Source of the DNA: Actinomycetota bacterium
Lineage (GTDB): Bacteria > Actinomycetota > UBA4738
Assembly: GCA_050692195.1 (NCBI GenBank)
Contig: JBOGVA010000080.1
Location: forward strand, 2,292-66,291
Reading direction: 5' to 3'
DNA: 64,000 nt
Shown here: one piece after another, positions 44,750 through 54,475 of the stretch
Numbering within the stretch: position 1 is the stretch's first letter
Layout of the letters: each line of letters starts with the position of its first letter
Position numbers and translations under genes: made by a program
Notes under the pieces: model-generated
Database searches by the model: none
Seen by the model: only the letters and a program-made list of their open reading frames with translations
What the model was told of the DNA's origin: nothing

Positions 44750-45493
44750 GTGGCTGTGGGGCTTTCCTCCGAGAAGAACGTGGGGCGCCGGCTCCGCGAA
44801 GCGCGTCTGGCCCGATCCCTGGAGCTGGGCCGGGCCGCGCAGGAGACCAGGATCCACCACAAGTTCCTCGAGGCCCTGGAGCGGAACGCGCCGCCCGACG
44901 AGTTCCCGGCCCCCATGTACGCCCGGGCCTTCCTCCGCGAATACGCTCGCTACCTGGGGCTCGACCCCGAGCCGCTGGTGGCGTCCTACCGGATGGACCA
45001 CCTGGAGCTGGATCGTCCCATCCGGCCTCCCATGCCGATCGAGCGGTCCTCCGCGGCCTGGGTGGGGAGCGGTCTGGCGCTCGTCTCGGTGGTGGTGCTG
45101 CTGGCGCTCGCGGTGTTCGCCGGCCCTCGGGGGGACCGGCCGCTTCCTCGGGTGGCCTCGCCGACCACCGATCCGACCCCCCCGCCCTTGGTTGCCGGGG
45201 AGCGGACCGAGCAGAAGCCTCGACGGGTGATCCTCACCATCAGCGCGGTCGAGCGCGCGGCCTGGATCCAGGTGACCCGCGACGGGGAAGTGGTCGCCAA
45301 GGGCACGCTGGAGGCCGGCACCGAGCGGACCTTCCGGGATCGCCGTCGCATGGACATCGTGGTCGGCGACGCTGGCGCCGTCCGGGTCACGCTCAACGGG
45401 AAGCGGATCGGCCCGCTGGGTGACGACGGCCAGGTGTTCACCGGCTCCGCCGTCCTCAGGCACGGAAGGGGCCGCCTGATTCCGACTCCTTAG
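44750..45493 (+). CDS. RodZ-like protein (HTH + single TM + DUF4115-like C-terminus)
   Basis: 247 aa with an N-terminal HTH VGRRLREARLARSLELGRAAQETRIHHKFLEALE and a TM segment GSGLALVSVVVLLALAVFA. The C-terminal beta-rich segment ends VRVTLNG. Confidence 0.65.
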   Translation: MAVGLSSEKNVGRRLREARLARSLELGRAAQETRIHHKFLEALERNAPPDEFPAPMYARAFLREYARYLGLDPEPLVASYRMDHLELDRPIRPPMPIERSSAAWVGSGLALVSVVVLLALAVFAGPRGDRPLPRVASPTTDPTPPPLVAGERTEQKPRRVILTISAVERAAWIQVTRDGEVVAKGTLEAGTERTFRDRRRMDIVVGDAGAVRVTLNGKRIGPLGDDGQVFTGSAVLRHGRGRLIPTP

Positions 45494-45632
45494 TCGGGCT
45501 CGGGCGGGCCATAGGGTGGAGGGTCCGCAGCCGACGAGCCTGTGATTGAGATATCCGATACTGAGGAGAAGGTAGCGAAGCAACCAATAACGTGCCCGTA
45601 TTTCTACGCGTGACGCACTATGGGGGCTTAGG

Positions 45633-46214
45633 GTGAGAGGCTTCTGGGGCAAGGTGGGTTTCGCGGTCGCTTTTTTAGGAGTGCTTGCAGCGATAGGGTT
45701 CCTCGCGTCAGAGGACTCCGGTCAACCTTCCCGCGAAGCCCGTGATGGCAAGATTCCTGGTGTCATCACGAGCATTTGCGGAGGGGCGGAATGGTCTCTG
45801 GCTGAAGCCCGCGCTTCGACTTCGTTCGAGCTGTATCTACCAAATCACGCGCTTGCCAATGACGAAAACATGTCGGCCGTGTGGAACTGCGCAGAGGATC
45901 ACGTGGCCCTTGAGTATTCATCTGGCGTCGTGGTTTACCTCAGCGTAAACGCGCTGGAAAGTCCCGAAGAGACCTGGGCGAGAATAGCTGATCTGTACCC
46001 CGAGTTCTCTGTGGGAGTCGTCCGAGGTCAGTCCGCAAGCCTTGTAGATCCCGCGAAGGACGAGACGGGTACCGCCGAGGGGGGAGTCGACCTGGTCGAG
46101 AGCGGTATCCGGATCACTGTGAGCGGGGATGGGGAGATACCGCTCGAAGATCTCATCGCCGTAACGGAGTCGCTACAGCAGGAGAGCTCGCCCTCTCCAT
46201 CGCCCGCAAACTAG
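45633..46214 (+). CDS. Membrane-anchored extracytoplasmic protein, DUF4367-like
   Basis: 193 aa with an N-terminal TM anchor. The body ends in GIRITVSGDGEIPLEDLIAVTESL and a Ser/Pro tail. The gene and its upstream spacer are noticeably less GC-rich than their neighbours. Confidence 0.5.
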   Translation: MRGFWGKVGFAVAFLGVLAAIGFLASEDSGQPSREARDGKIPGVITSICGGAEWSLAEARASTSFELYLPNHALANDENMSAVWNCAEDHVALEYSSGVVVYLSVNALESPEETWARIADLYPEFSVGVVRGQSASLVDPAKDETGTAEGGVDLVESGIRITVSGDGEIPLEDLIAVTESLQQESSPSPSPAN

Positions 46215-47437
46215 ATCTTCCGCAGGGCGACGACGGCGTTCTGGCCGCCGAACCCGAACGAGTTCGAGAGGGCCAGACGGACGTCCGCCTTCCGTGCCTC
46301 GTTGGGCACGTAGTCGAGATCGCACTCCGGGTCGGGAGTCGAATAGTTGATGGTGGGCGGAACCATGCCGGTGTGGATGGCCAGCGCGATGGCCCCCGCC
46401 TCCACGGCCCCCGCCGCGCCCAGGAGGTGGCCGGTCACCGACTTCGTCGACGAAACCATCACCCGGCGGGCGTGGTCCCCCAGGACTTTCTTGATGGCCC
46501 GGGTCTCGGCGGCGTCGTTGAGCGGCGTGGAGGTGCCGTGAGCGTTGATGTATTCGACGGCCTCCGCCGGCTCGTCGGCATCCGACAGGGCCGCCTGCAT
46601 GGCCAGAACGGCTCCGCTCCCACTCGGTTCGGGTGCCGTGACGTGATGCGCGTCGGCCGACGCCCCGTACCCAGCGACCTCCGCGAAGATCCTGGCTCCC
46701 CGGGCCCGCGCCCGCTCGAGCTCCTCGAGCACGAGCACACACGCCCCTTCCGATAGGACGAAGCCGTCCCGGTCGGCGTCGAACGGCCGCGATGCCCGCA
46801 TGGGGTCGGGGTTCCGGGACAGGGCCTGCATCTGGGCAAATCCCGCCATGGACAGCGTGGTGATGGCGGCTTCGGTACCGCCGGCCAGGGAGACGTCGGC
46901 GAGACCATCCCGGATGTAGCGGAACGCCTCTCCAACCGCGTGTCCGCTTGCCGCACAGGCGGTGGTGATGCAGGTGTTCGGGCCGGTGAAGCCCATCTCC
47001 ATGGCCACGTGTCCCGCCGGAGCGTTCGGCATCATCATGGGAACCAGGAAGGGCGACACGCGGTCCGCGCCTCTCTCCAGGAGCACCTTGTGCTGGGCGA
47101 TCATGGTCGAGAGCCCACCGATCCCGGTGGAGATCACCACCGCGGTTCGTGACGGCTCGGTCTGGGGGCTCTCCGCGTCCTCCCACGCGAGCTTCGCCGC
47201 GGCAACGGCGAAGTGAGAAGCTCGATCGGTCCGGCGGACCTCCTTGCGGTCGAGGTAGTCGTGCGCGTCGAATCCCTGGATCTCTCCGGCGATCTTCACG
47301 GGGAAGTCGGTCGTGTCGAAGAGGGTGACTTCCTTGATCCCGGACCGTCCCGTCACCAGGGCATCCCAGAACGACTCCCAGCCGATACCCACCGGGGTCA
47401 CCGCCCCGATGCCGGTGACGACGACTCGGCGCGTCAC
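46211..47437 (-). CDS. fabF: 3-oxoacyl-ACP synthase II
   Basis: 408 aa with the active-site Cys context ITTACAASGHAV, HGTSTPLND and GHLLGAAG. Confidence 0.95.
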   Translation of the reverse strand: MTRRVVVTGIGAVTPVGIGWESFWDALVTGRSGIKEVTLFDTTDFPVKIAGEIQGFDAHDYLDRKEVRRTDRASHFAVAAAKLAWEDAESPQTEPSRTAVVISTGIGGLSTMIAQHKVLLERGADRVSPFLVPMMMPNAPAGHVAMEMGFTGPNTCITTACAASGHAVGEAFRYIRDGLADVSLAGGTEAAITTLSMAGFAQMQALSRNPDPMRASRPFDADRDGFVLSEGACVLVLEELERARARGARIFAEVAGYGASADAHHVTAPEPSGSGAVLAMQAALSDADEPAEAVEYINAHGTSTPLNDAAETRAIKKVLGDHARRVMVSSTKSVTGHLLGAAGAVEAGAIALAIHTGMVPPTINYSTPDPECDLDYVPNEARKADVRLALSNSFGFGGQNAVVALRKI

Positions 47438-47440
47438 TCC

Positions 47441-47692
47441 CTACTCGCCTCCCTCGATCTTCGCGGACACCAGGTCGACCGCCTCGCGCACGGTCTTGAC
47501 GCTTTCCATCTCCTCCTCGGGGATCTTCACCCCGAGCTCTTCCTCGAGCGCCAGGACCGCTTCGACGAGGTCCAGTGAGTCGGCATCGAGGTCTTCCTCG
47601 AGCCGGGCCTCCATGGTGACCTCCTCGACGTCCCGGCCCAGGTTCTCGGCCAGGACCTTCCGGACTTTCTCCTCGAGCTCCTGTCTCTCCAT
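47441..47692 (-). CDS. acpP: Acyl carrier protein
   Basis: 83 aa with the phosphopantetheine attachment motif DLDADSLDLVE. Confidence 0.95.
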   Translation of the reverse strand: MERQELEEKVRKVLAENLGRDVEEVTMEARLEEDLDADSLDLVEAVLALEEELGVKIPEEEMESVKTVREAVDLVSAKIEGGE

Positions 47693-47733
47693 CGCCTGCC
47701 TCCTCCTCCTTCGTTCTGGGGAAGACTATCCGC

Positions 47734-48471
47734 CTACGCGGTGAGCCCGCCGTCCACCGCGATCACCGCGCCGTTCACGTATGAGGCCTCCTCGGACGCA
47801 AGGAACTTGATCACCCCGGCGACTTCCTCGGGCGTGCCGATCCGCCCGGAGGGGATCTGCTCCACGAGCCGCTCCCGCTGCCGGTCGATGAAGTCCTCGG
47901 TCATGGCGGTCTCCACGAATCCGGGGCATACCGCATTGGCAGTGATCCCCCGGCTGCCGTACTCCTTCGCCAGCGACTGGGTCAGGCCGATCACCCCCGC
48001 CTTCGAGGCGGAGTACGCGGCCTGCCCGGGATTGCCTCGAATCCCGGCCGCCGACGAAACGTTCACGATCCGGCCCCACCGGGCCCTGAGCATTGCCGGC
48101 AGCGCCTCGCGGGCGCAGAGGAACGCCCCGGACAGGTTCGTCCTGACCACCCGCTCGAACTCGGAGAGAGGGTACTTCACGGTGAGCCCATCCCGGAGGA
48201 CGCCGGCGTTGTTCACCAGGACCAGGGGCTTCCCCACCCACTCGCGGATCTCCCGGAACATCTCCTCGACCTGTCTCTCGTCGGAGACGTCGGCCCGGAA
48301 CGCCGCGGCCACTCCGCCGACATCCTCGACGGCGCTGACGGTTTCCTTGGCTCCCGCGTCGTCCCCCCGGTAGTTGCACGCGACGGCGAGGCCGGCCTCG
48401 GCCAGGGCCAGGGCTGTGGCCCGGCCGATGCCCCGGGACGCCCCGGTGACCAGGGCGGTCCGCCTGGTCAC
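47734..48471 (-). CDS. fabG: 3-oxoacyl-ACP reductase
   Basis: The GTG at 48469-48471 overlaps the fabH stop (GTGA). Motifs TGASRGIG, NNAG and YSASKAG are present. Confidence 0.9.
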   Translation of the reverse strand: MTRRTALVTGASRGIGRATALALAEAGLAVACNYRGDDAGAKETVSAVEDVGGVAAAFRADVSDERQVEEMFREIREWVGKPLVLVNNAGVLRDGLTVKYPLSEFERVVRTNLSGAFLCAREALPAMLRARWGRIVNVSSAAGIRGNPGQAAYSASKAGVIGLTQSLAKEYGSRGITANAVCPGFVETAMTEDFIDRQRERLVEQIPSGRIGTPEEVAGVIKFLASEEASYVNGAVIAVDGGLTA

Positions 48472-49469
48472 CTGGGGGCCTCCTCGGTCCACCGGAGCAG
48501 GTTCGCCCCCCAGGCCAGGCCGGCGCCGAACGCCACGGTGAGCACCAGGTCGCCGGGGCGGAGGCGGCCCTCGCGCCACGCGTGGTCCAGCGCGACCGGC
48601 ACGGAGGCGGCCGAGGTGTTCCCCACGGTCTCGATGTCCACGTACACCCGGTCCATGGGAACCCCCAGCCGCTGGGCCACCGACTGGATGATCCGGAGGT
48701 TCGCCTGATGGGGGACCACCAGCGCCACGTCGTCGGCGCCGATGCCGGCCTTCTCGAGCAGGCGCGCGGAGGCGTCCGCCATTCCCGTGACGGCTCTCTT
48801 GAATACCTCGCGGCCGTCCTTCATCCGGATGGCATGGTCGTGAGCGGCGACGGTCTCGGGGGAAGCAGGCGCGCGCGACCCGCCGGCCGGGATCTCCAGC
48901 AACCGGGCGTGCTTCCCCTCGTTCTCGAGGATCGAGCCGATCACGCCCGGCTCCTCGGAGGGGACGAGCACGGCCGCCCCGGCCCCATCCCCGAACAGCA
49001 CGCAGGTGGTCCGGTCGCTGAAGTCCAGGAACCGCGACAGGACCTCCGTCCCGATCACGAGGGCGGTCTCGGCGCCCCCCGTGGTGATCTGCGCCGAGGC
49101 GATCTCGGTGCCGTAGATGAACCCGGCGCAGGCGGCGGCCAAGTCGAAGGCGGCCCCGGCGATACCCAGTCGGTCCTGCACGAACGAGGCCGTGGAGGGG
49201 AGGGGCTGATCTCCCGAGATCGTGGCCACCACCGTGAGGTCCACGGCTGCCGCGTCGATCCCCGCCGAATCCAGCGCCCGGGCCGCAGCGTCGGCCGCCA
49301 GCGAAGCGGCCGTCTCCCCCTCACCCGCGAACCGGCGGGCCCGGATGCCGGTTCGGGAGAAGATCCACTCGTCGGTGGTATCGACGATGCGCTCCAGCTC
49401 GGCGTTGGGCACCAGACGCTTCGGAAGCGCCGAGCCCAGCCCGGCGAAGCGCGCGTACCGCCGAGTCAC
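48468..49469 (-). CDS. fabH: 3-oxoacyl-ACP synthase III
   Basis: 333 aa with the Cys context AAACAGFIYG, HQANLRI and GNTSAAS. Confidence 0.9.
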   Translation of the reverse strand: MTRRYARFAGLGSALPKRLVPNAELERIVDTTDEWIFSRTGIRARRFAGEGETAASLAADAAARALDSAGIDAAAVDLTVVATISGDQPLPSTASFVQDRLGIAGAAFDLAAACAGFIYGTEIASAQITTGGAETALVIGTEVLSRFLDFSDRTTCVLFGDGAGAAVLVPSEEPGVIGSILENEGKHARLLEIPAGGSRAPASPETVAAHDHAIRMKDGREVFKRAVTGMADASARLLEKAGIGADDVALVVPHQANLRIIQSVAQRLGVPMDRVYVDIETVGNTSAASVPVALDHAWREGRLRPGDLVLTVAFGAGLAWGANLLRWTEEAPR

Positions 49470-49762
49470 CGTCCCTCGGCCGTGGGCTCGATGGCCAGCA
49501 CGGCGTGGCCGGCTGCCACGGGCTCGCCCTCGAGACCCAGAACAGCCAACACCCTGCCACCCACGGGGGCCCGGACGATGATCTCGTCCGTCCCGCGCAC
49601 CAGGCGGAACACGGGCTGACCCCGATCGACCATCTCGGCCCCAGCCTCGAACCGGCGTGGTGGAAGGAAGCGAAGCCGCCCGGTCCCCGGGCTCACCAGC
49701 ACCCGAAGGTTCACGGGGGGGTCGAACCTCGTCTCATCCGACATCGGACTCGCGTTGCTCAT
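49466..49762 (-). CDS. Small biotinyl/lipoyl-domain-like protein without the modifiable lysine
   Basis: This is the C-terminal 98 codons of track ORF 49466..50554, with its ATG at 49760-49762. It is coupled on both sides (ATGA with fabD, GTGA with fabH). VLVSPGTGRL...GQPVFRLVRGTDEIIVRAPVGGRVLAVLGLEGEPVAAGHAVLAIE resembles the BCCP hybrid barrel, but RGTD sits where (A/E)MKM is expected. Confidence 0.5.
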   Translation of the reverse strand: MSNASPMSDETRFDPPVNLRVLVSPGTGRLRFLPPRRFEAGAEMVDRGQPVFRLVRGTDEIIVRAPVGGRVLAVLGLEGEPVAAGHAVLAIEPTAEGR

Positions 49763-50697
49763 CACGCCCTCGCTCCGATCTCCGATGCCAGGGCGTCGGC
49801 TTCGGCGGGGGAGCCGGCGGCCACCCCGCGAGCGCCCGGCACGCATCGCTTCACCAGCTTCGACAGGACCTCGCCCGGCCCGGCCTCCACGAACAGCTCG
49901 ATCCCGGCATCGGCCATGGCGCGCATGGACCGGTCCCACCGCACCGGCGACACCAGATGGCGGGAGAGGAGGTCCCGAAGGGCGGAGGGGTGCGCCGAAG
50001 GGCGGGCGCTCGCGTTCGGAACCACGGGGAAGCGAGGTTCCCGGAAGGTCATGCTGGCGACGGCCTGCCGGACCCTCCCCAGGGCCGGCTGCATGAGGGG
50101 GGAATGGAACGCCCCCGCCACGTTGAGCCGGACCACCCGGGCCCCGCGGCTTCGGGCCATCTCCTCGGCCCGCTCGATCGCCTCGATGCTTCCCGACACC
50201 ACGGTCTGCTTCGGGCTGTTCTCGTTGGCCACGGTGAGCACGTCCCCCCGTCCAGCGGTGGCGCAGATGGTGGCGGCTTCCTCGGCGGACAGCCCCACGA
50301 GGGCGGTCATCGCTCCCCGCCGCCCCTCCGAGGCCTCCTGCATGGCCCGGCCCCGCTCCACCACGGCTGCCAGAGCCTCCTTCGGCTCCACGGCACCGGC
50401 CGCGGCCAGGGCCACGAATTCGCCGAGGGAGTGGCCGGCCGCCATGGCGAATCGGAGGCCCTCGGACTCGAGAACCCGGAACGCCGCGAGGTCGCAGGCG
50501 AACAGGGCCGGCTGGACCACCGAAGTGTCCGCCAGGCGCTCCTCGTCCCTGCACGCCTCCACCACGTCGTATCCCAGGACGTCCGAGGCCTCGGCCATCA
50601 CGTCCTTGCCGGCCGGGTGCCCTGTCCAGGGATCGGCCATTCCCGGGTACTGGGAACCCTGTCCCGGAAACAGCACCGCGATCTTCACGCCACTCAC
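49762..50697 (-). CDS. fabD: Malonyl-CoA-ACP transacylase
   Basis: 311 aa with FPGQGSQ and the active-site GHSLGEF. Confidence 0.9.
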   Translation of the reverse strand: MSGVKIAVLFPGQGSQYPGMADPWTGHPAGKDVMAEASDVLGYDVVEACRDEERLADTSVVQPALFACDLAAFRVLESEGLRFAMAAGHSLGEFVALAAAGAVEPKEALAAVVERGRAMQEASEGRRGAMTALVGLSAEEAATICATAGRGDVLTVANENSPKQTVVSGSIEAIERAEEMARSRGARVVRLNVAGAFHSPLMQPALGRVRQAVASMTFREPRFPVVPNASARPSAHPSALRDLLSRHLVSPVRWDRSMRAMADAGIELFVEAGPGEVLSKLVKRCVPGARGVAAGSPAEADALASEIGARA

Positions 50698-50888
50698 CTC
50701 ACGCTCTCTTGGGTATGCGACGACCCGCGGCGGGAAACGGATTCACACGACGCGGGTCACCTAGCCTTCTGACCTGACTCACGGTGCCACGGTTACGCGA
50801 ACGGGGCAACTTACCCAGCAGAAGGTTGTCCCTGGTTGCTACCTACCGGTAAGAAGGTTGGCCGCCCGACAGCGCGCCGGGGGGTGGT

Positions 50889-51500
50889 TTGACCCCCTCC
50901 GCACCCGGTGGTAGACCGGGCGTCGTGACCTCTGTGGCCACCGTGCGCCCCAGACGCACGCCTCCGCTCGTGTTCGGGATGGTTCTCTTCCTGGCGTCCG
51001 AGCTGATGCTCTTCGGGAGCCTGTTCGCGGCGTATTTCTTCCTTCGGGCCACTACCGCCGTGTGGCCTCCGGAGGGCGCGGAGGTCGAGATGGTCTCGCC
51101 CTCTGTTGCCACGGTGATCCTGGCGGCGTCGAGCTTCACGCTGCTGTTCGCCGTCCGCGCGCTCGAACGAGCGAACTCGAGTCGCTTCCGCGCTCTCGTG
51201 TGGTGGACGCTGGCGCTGGGAGCTGCCTTCCTGGCGATCAAAGCGTACGAGCTCTCCGCGGCGCCCTTCGGGATCGGCTCGCACGCGTACGGGTCGATCT
51301 GGTTCACGATGCTCTCCGCGCACGCGCTGCACCTCCTGGCGGGGATGGTCCTGCTGCTGGTGATGCTGTCCCGAGCCGCACCGCCTTCGTCGGAGATCCG
51401 TCCGACCGGCCATCAGACGGCCGAAGCGGTTGGGTACTACTGGCACTTCGTGGACGTCGTTTGGCTGGCCATCTTCACCACGCTGTTCATCGTGCGCTAG
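50889..51500 (+). CDS. ctaE: Cytochrome c oxidase subunit III
   Basis: 203 aa, 5 TM, with FLASELMLFGSLFAAYF and YWHFVDVVW typical of subunit III. The TTG start is uncertain. Confidence 0.85.
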   Translation: MTPSAPGGRPGVVTSVATVRPRRTPPLVFGMVLFLASELMLFGSLFAAYFFLRATTAVWPPEGAEVEMVSPSVATVILAASSFTLLFAVRALERANSSRFRALVWWTLALGAAFLAIKAYELSAAPFGIGSHAYGSIWFTMLSAHALHLLAGMVLLLVMLSRAAPPSSEIRPTGHQTAEAVGYYWHFVDVVWLAIFTTLFIVR

Positions 51501-52222
51501 TGCGGCGTCTCGGGGCCCTCCTCGTCCTCGCGGCAGTGCCCACGCTGCTGATCGTGGGGCCTCGTGCCGGTGGCCAGACCGCTGCGACCGAGGAGGGGCG
51601 CGAGCTGTTCGCGACCGGATGCGCGTCGTGTCACGGCGTTGCCGGGGGTGGAACCGCGAACGGGCCGCCGCTCGTGGGTGTCGGACCGGCATCCGTGGAC
51701 TTCATGCTGTCGACCGGACGGATGCCGCTGGGTGACCCGACCCAGCAACCAACCCGGCAGGCTCCGAGATACACGGAGGAAGAGATCACCGCGCTCGTCG
51801 CGTACGTTGCCTCGCTCGGCCCGGGCGGGGAACCCATCCCGATGGTGGACCCGGAATCCGGCGACGTGATGCTGGGACGCCAGCTGTACTCATCCCATTG
51901 TCTGGCGTGCCATGGGGCCGGGGCTCAGGGGGCTTCTGTTGGCGGAGGGCAACTGGCCCCGTCGCTCCGTCGGGCCAGTCCGGAAGAAGTGGCGGAGGCG
52001 GTGCGGATCGGGCCCGGCGCGATGCCGCCCTTCGCCGAGGGACTCATGGACCAGCACGAGCTGGATTCGCTGGTTCGGTACGTCCTCGACCTTCGGGAGG
52101 CGCCCAACCCCGGAGGGCTCGACCTCGGACGGGTGGGGCCGGTCGTGGAGGGCTTCGTGGCCTGGATCCTCGGTCTGGGGATCCTGGTGCTGGTGATCCG
52201 GTTCACGGGGACGCGTACGTGA
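51500..52222 (+). CDS. qcrC: Diheme cytochrome c subunit of the bc1 (bcc) complex
   Basis: The GTG at 51500 overlaps the ctaE stop. It has a signal/TM segment, two CxxCH sites (CASCHG, CLACHG) and a C-terminal TM anchor. Confidence 0.85.
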   Translation: MRRLGALLVLAAVPTLLIVGPRAGGQTAATEEGRELFATGCASCHGVAGGGTANGPPLVGVGPASVDFMLSTGRMPLGDPTQQPTRQAPRYTEEEITALVAYVASLGPGGEPIPMVDPESGDVMLGRQLYSSHCLACHGAGAQGASVGGGQLAPSLRRASPEEVAEAVRIGPGAMPPFAEGLMDQHELDSLVRYVLDLREAPNPGGLDLGRVGPVVEGFVAWILGLGILVLVIRFTGTRT

Positions 52223-53058
52223 CGGGGTTCCGGGGACGGCCGGAGGCTCCCGTTGCCGTGGCGCTGGTGTGCTCCACCCTCGCCGGGCTCGGGCTGCTCG
52301 TCGTGTACTGGCTCGGCGGCCAGCCGCAGATCGAGGGGACCCTGCTCGCGGTGGCCCTCGGCGGGCTGGGCGCGGCCCTCATCCTGTGGGAGCGGCGCCT
52401 CATGGCCCACGAGCAGGTCGAGGAGGAACGGGTGGCGCCGTCGTCCCGGGACGAGCGGGCCGGGGCCCGGGCAGCGCTCGAGCAGGGCGGCCAGGAGATC
52501 GGTCGCCGGCGGTTCCTGGTCAGGCTCCTGGGAGCGGCCGCCGGGGCCCTCGGGCTGGCCGCGCTGTTCCCGATCCGCTCGCTGGGCCCCGCCCCCGGGC
52601 GTTCGCTGTTCGAGACGGCGTGGAGGCTCGGCACCATCGCCGTCGACGAGACCGGAGTGCCGGTCCAGGCCGACCAGGTTCCCGTGGGCTCGGTTCTCAC
52701 GGTCTTTCCTCAGGGACAATTGGGGAGCTCCGACGGCCAGGCGCTGTTGATCCGGGTGGAGGCGGGAGCCCTCCGACTGCCGGCGGAGCGGATGGCGGGG
52801 GCCCCAGAGGGGTTCGTCGCGTACTCGAAGGTGTGCACGCACGCGGGGTGCCCGGTGGGGCTGTACCGTGCGCAGACTCGCGAGCTCCTCTGTCCCTGTC
52901 ACCAGTCGACGTTCGACGTGTTGACCGGGGCCCAGCCCACCTTCGGCCCGGCGTCGCGGGCGCTGCCGCAACTCCCCATCGAGATCGGCTCGGACGGACT
53001 GGTGCGGGCGCGCGGCGACTTCACCGAGCCCATCGGTCCGGGTTTCTGGGAGCTGTGA
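52219..53058 (+). CDS. qcrA: Rieske iron-sulfur subunit of the bc1 (bcc) complex
   Basis: The GTG at 52219 overlaps the qcrC stop (GTGA). It has N-terminal TM helices, a Tat-like RRRFLVRLLG and the Rieske motifs CTHAGC...CPCHQS. Confidence 0.85.
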   Translation: MTGFRGRPEAPVAVALVCSTLAGLGLLVVYWLGGQPQIEGTLLAVALGGLGAALILWERRLMAHEQVEEERVAPSSRDERAGARAALEQGGQEIGRRRFLVRLLGAAAGALGLAALFPIRSLGPAPGRSLFETAWRLGTIAVDETGVPVQADQVPVGSVLTVFPQGQLGSSDGQALLIRVEAGALRLPAERMAGAPEGFVAYSKVCTHAGCPVGLYRAQTRELLCPCHQSTFDVLTGAQPTFGPASRALPQLPIEIGSDGLVRARGDFTEPIGPGFWEL

Positions 53059-53080
53059 CCGACAGTGAGGCGGTGACCTG

Positions 53081-54475
53081 GTGGTGATGCGGCGGGTGGT
53101 GGTCTGGCTGGACGATCGCCTCGGCGCCGCATCCTTCGCCCGGCGGTCGCTGCGTAAGGCCTTCCCGGACCACTGGTCGTTCATGCTCGGGGAGATCGCC
53201 CTGTACTGCTTCATCATGCTCGTGGTCACCGGGACGTTCCTCGCGTTCTTCTACGTGGCTTCGCCGCGGGAGGTCGTCTATCAGGGGCCGTACGAGCCGC
53301 TCCGAGGCGCGGAGATGTCGGCCGCCTACGAGTCCGTGCTTCGACTCTCCCTCGAGGTTCGGGCGGGCCTGGTGATGCGTCAGATCCACCACTGGGCGTC
53401 GCTCGTCTTCCTGGCCGCCATCACCCTGCACCTGTTGCGGATCTTCTTCACCGGGGCGTTCCGCCGGCCCCGGGAGATCAATTGGATCGTGGGAGTCACG
53501 CTCCTCCTGCTCGGCCTGGCGGCCGGATTCACCGGGTACTCGCTGCCCGACGACCTGCTCTCGGGAACCGGTGTGCGGATCGCGTACTCGATCCTGCTCT
53601 CGGTGCCGCTCATCGGAACGTGGGCGGCGTTCCTCGCCTTCGGGGGAGAGTTCCCGTCGCCCGAGATGCTCGGGCGGCTGTACGCGATGCACATCTTCCT
53701 GATCCCCGCGGCCATCGGGGCCGCCATCGTCGTCCACCTGGCACTGGTGTGGCACCAGAAGCACACCCAGTTCCGCGCACCGGGCCGCCGCGAGGAAACC
53801 GTGGTCGGTTCTCCGCTGTGGCCCAACTACTCGATGAAGGCGGTCGGCCTGGCGTTGATCGTGTTCGGAGTCCTCTCGCTCCTGGGAGGGCTGGCCCAGA
53901 TCAACCCGGTATGGATCTACGGTCCGTTCGATCCCACCACCGTGAGCTCTCCCGCTCAGCCGGACTGGTACCTGGGATGGATCGAGGGCGCTCTGCGGCT
54001 CGCCCCCAACTGGGAGATCCGTATGTTCGGGTACCGGATCCCCGAGCCGTTCTTTCCCGGGGTCCTGTTCCCTACGCTGTTCTTCTCCGGCGTGTACCTG
54101 TGGCCGTTCATCGAGCAACGGCTGACCGGTGACCGGCGCGAGCACCATCTCCTCGACCGGCCTCGGGATAACCCGATGCGCACCGGGATCGGTGTGGCCG
54201 TCCTCACGTTCGCGGCCGTGCTGACCCTGGCGGGCAGCAACGACGTTCTTGGGGCGTTCTTTCGGATCCCTGTGGAGAACGTGACCCGTGCGTTCCGGGG
54301 GCTCGTGCTGGTGCTGCCGCCGGTTCTCGGATGGCTCGCCTACCGCGCCGCTCGGGAGCTCCACCAGCGCGAGGTCCGAGCCGACAGGTACGTGATGCTC
54401 GCGCGCACCGCGGAAGGGGGATTCGCCGAGGTCGAGGAAGAGGACGCGCCGGCCGAGGAACGGGACCAGCGGTGA
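53081..54475 (+). CDS. qcrB: Cytochrome b subunit of the bc1 (bcc) complex
   Basis: 464 aa with heme-ligand contexts RQIHHWASLVF and LYAMHIFLIP, and many TM segments. Confidence 0.9.
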   Translation: MVMRRVVVWLDDRLGAASFARRSLRKAFPDHWSFMLGEIALYCFIMLVVTGTFLAFFYVASPREVVYQGPYEPLRGAEMSAAYESVLRLSLEVRAGLVMRQIHHWASLVFLAAITLHLLRIFFTGAFRRPREINWIVGVTLLLLGLAAGFTGYSLPDDLLSGTGVRIAYSILLSVPLIGTWAAFLAFGGEFPSPEMLGRLYAMHIFLIPAAIGAAIVVHLALVWHQKHTQFRAPGRREETVVGSPLWPNYSMKAVGLALIVFGVLSLLGGLAQINPVWIYGPFDPTTVSSPAQPDWYLGWIEGALRLAPNWEIRMFGYRIPEPFFPGVLFPTLFFSGVYLWPFIEQRLTGDRREHHLLDRPRDNPMRTGIGVAVLTFAAVLTLAGSNDVLGAFFRIPVENVTRAFRGLVLVLPPVLGWLAYRAARELHQREVRADRYVMLARTAEGGFAEVEEEDAPAEERDQR

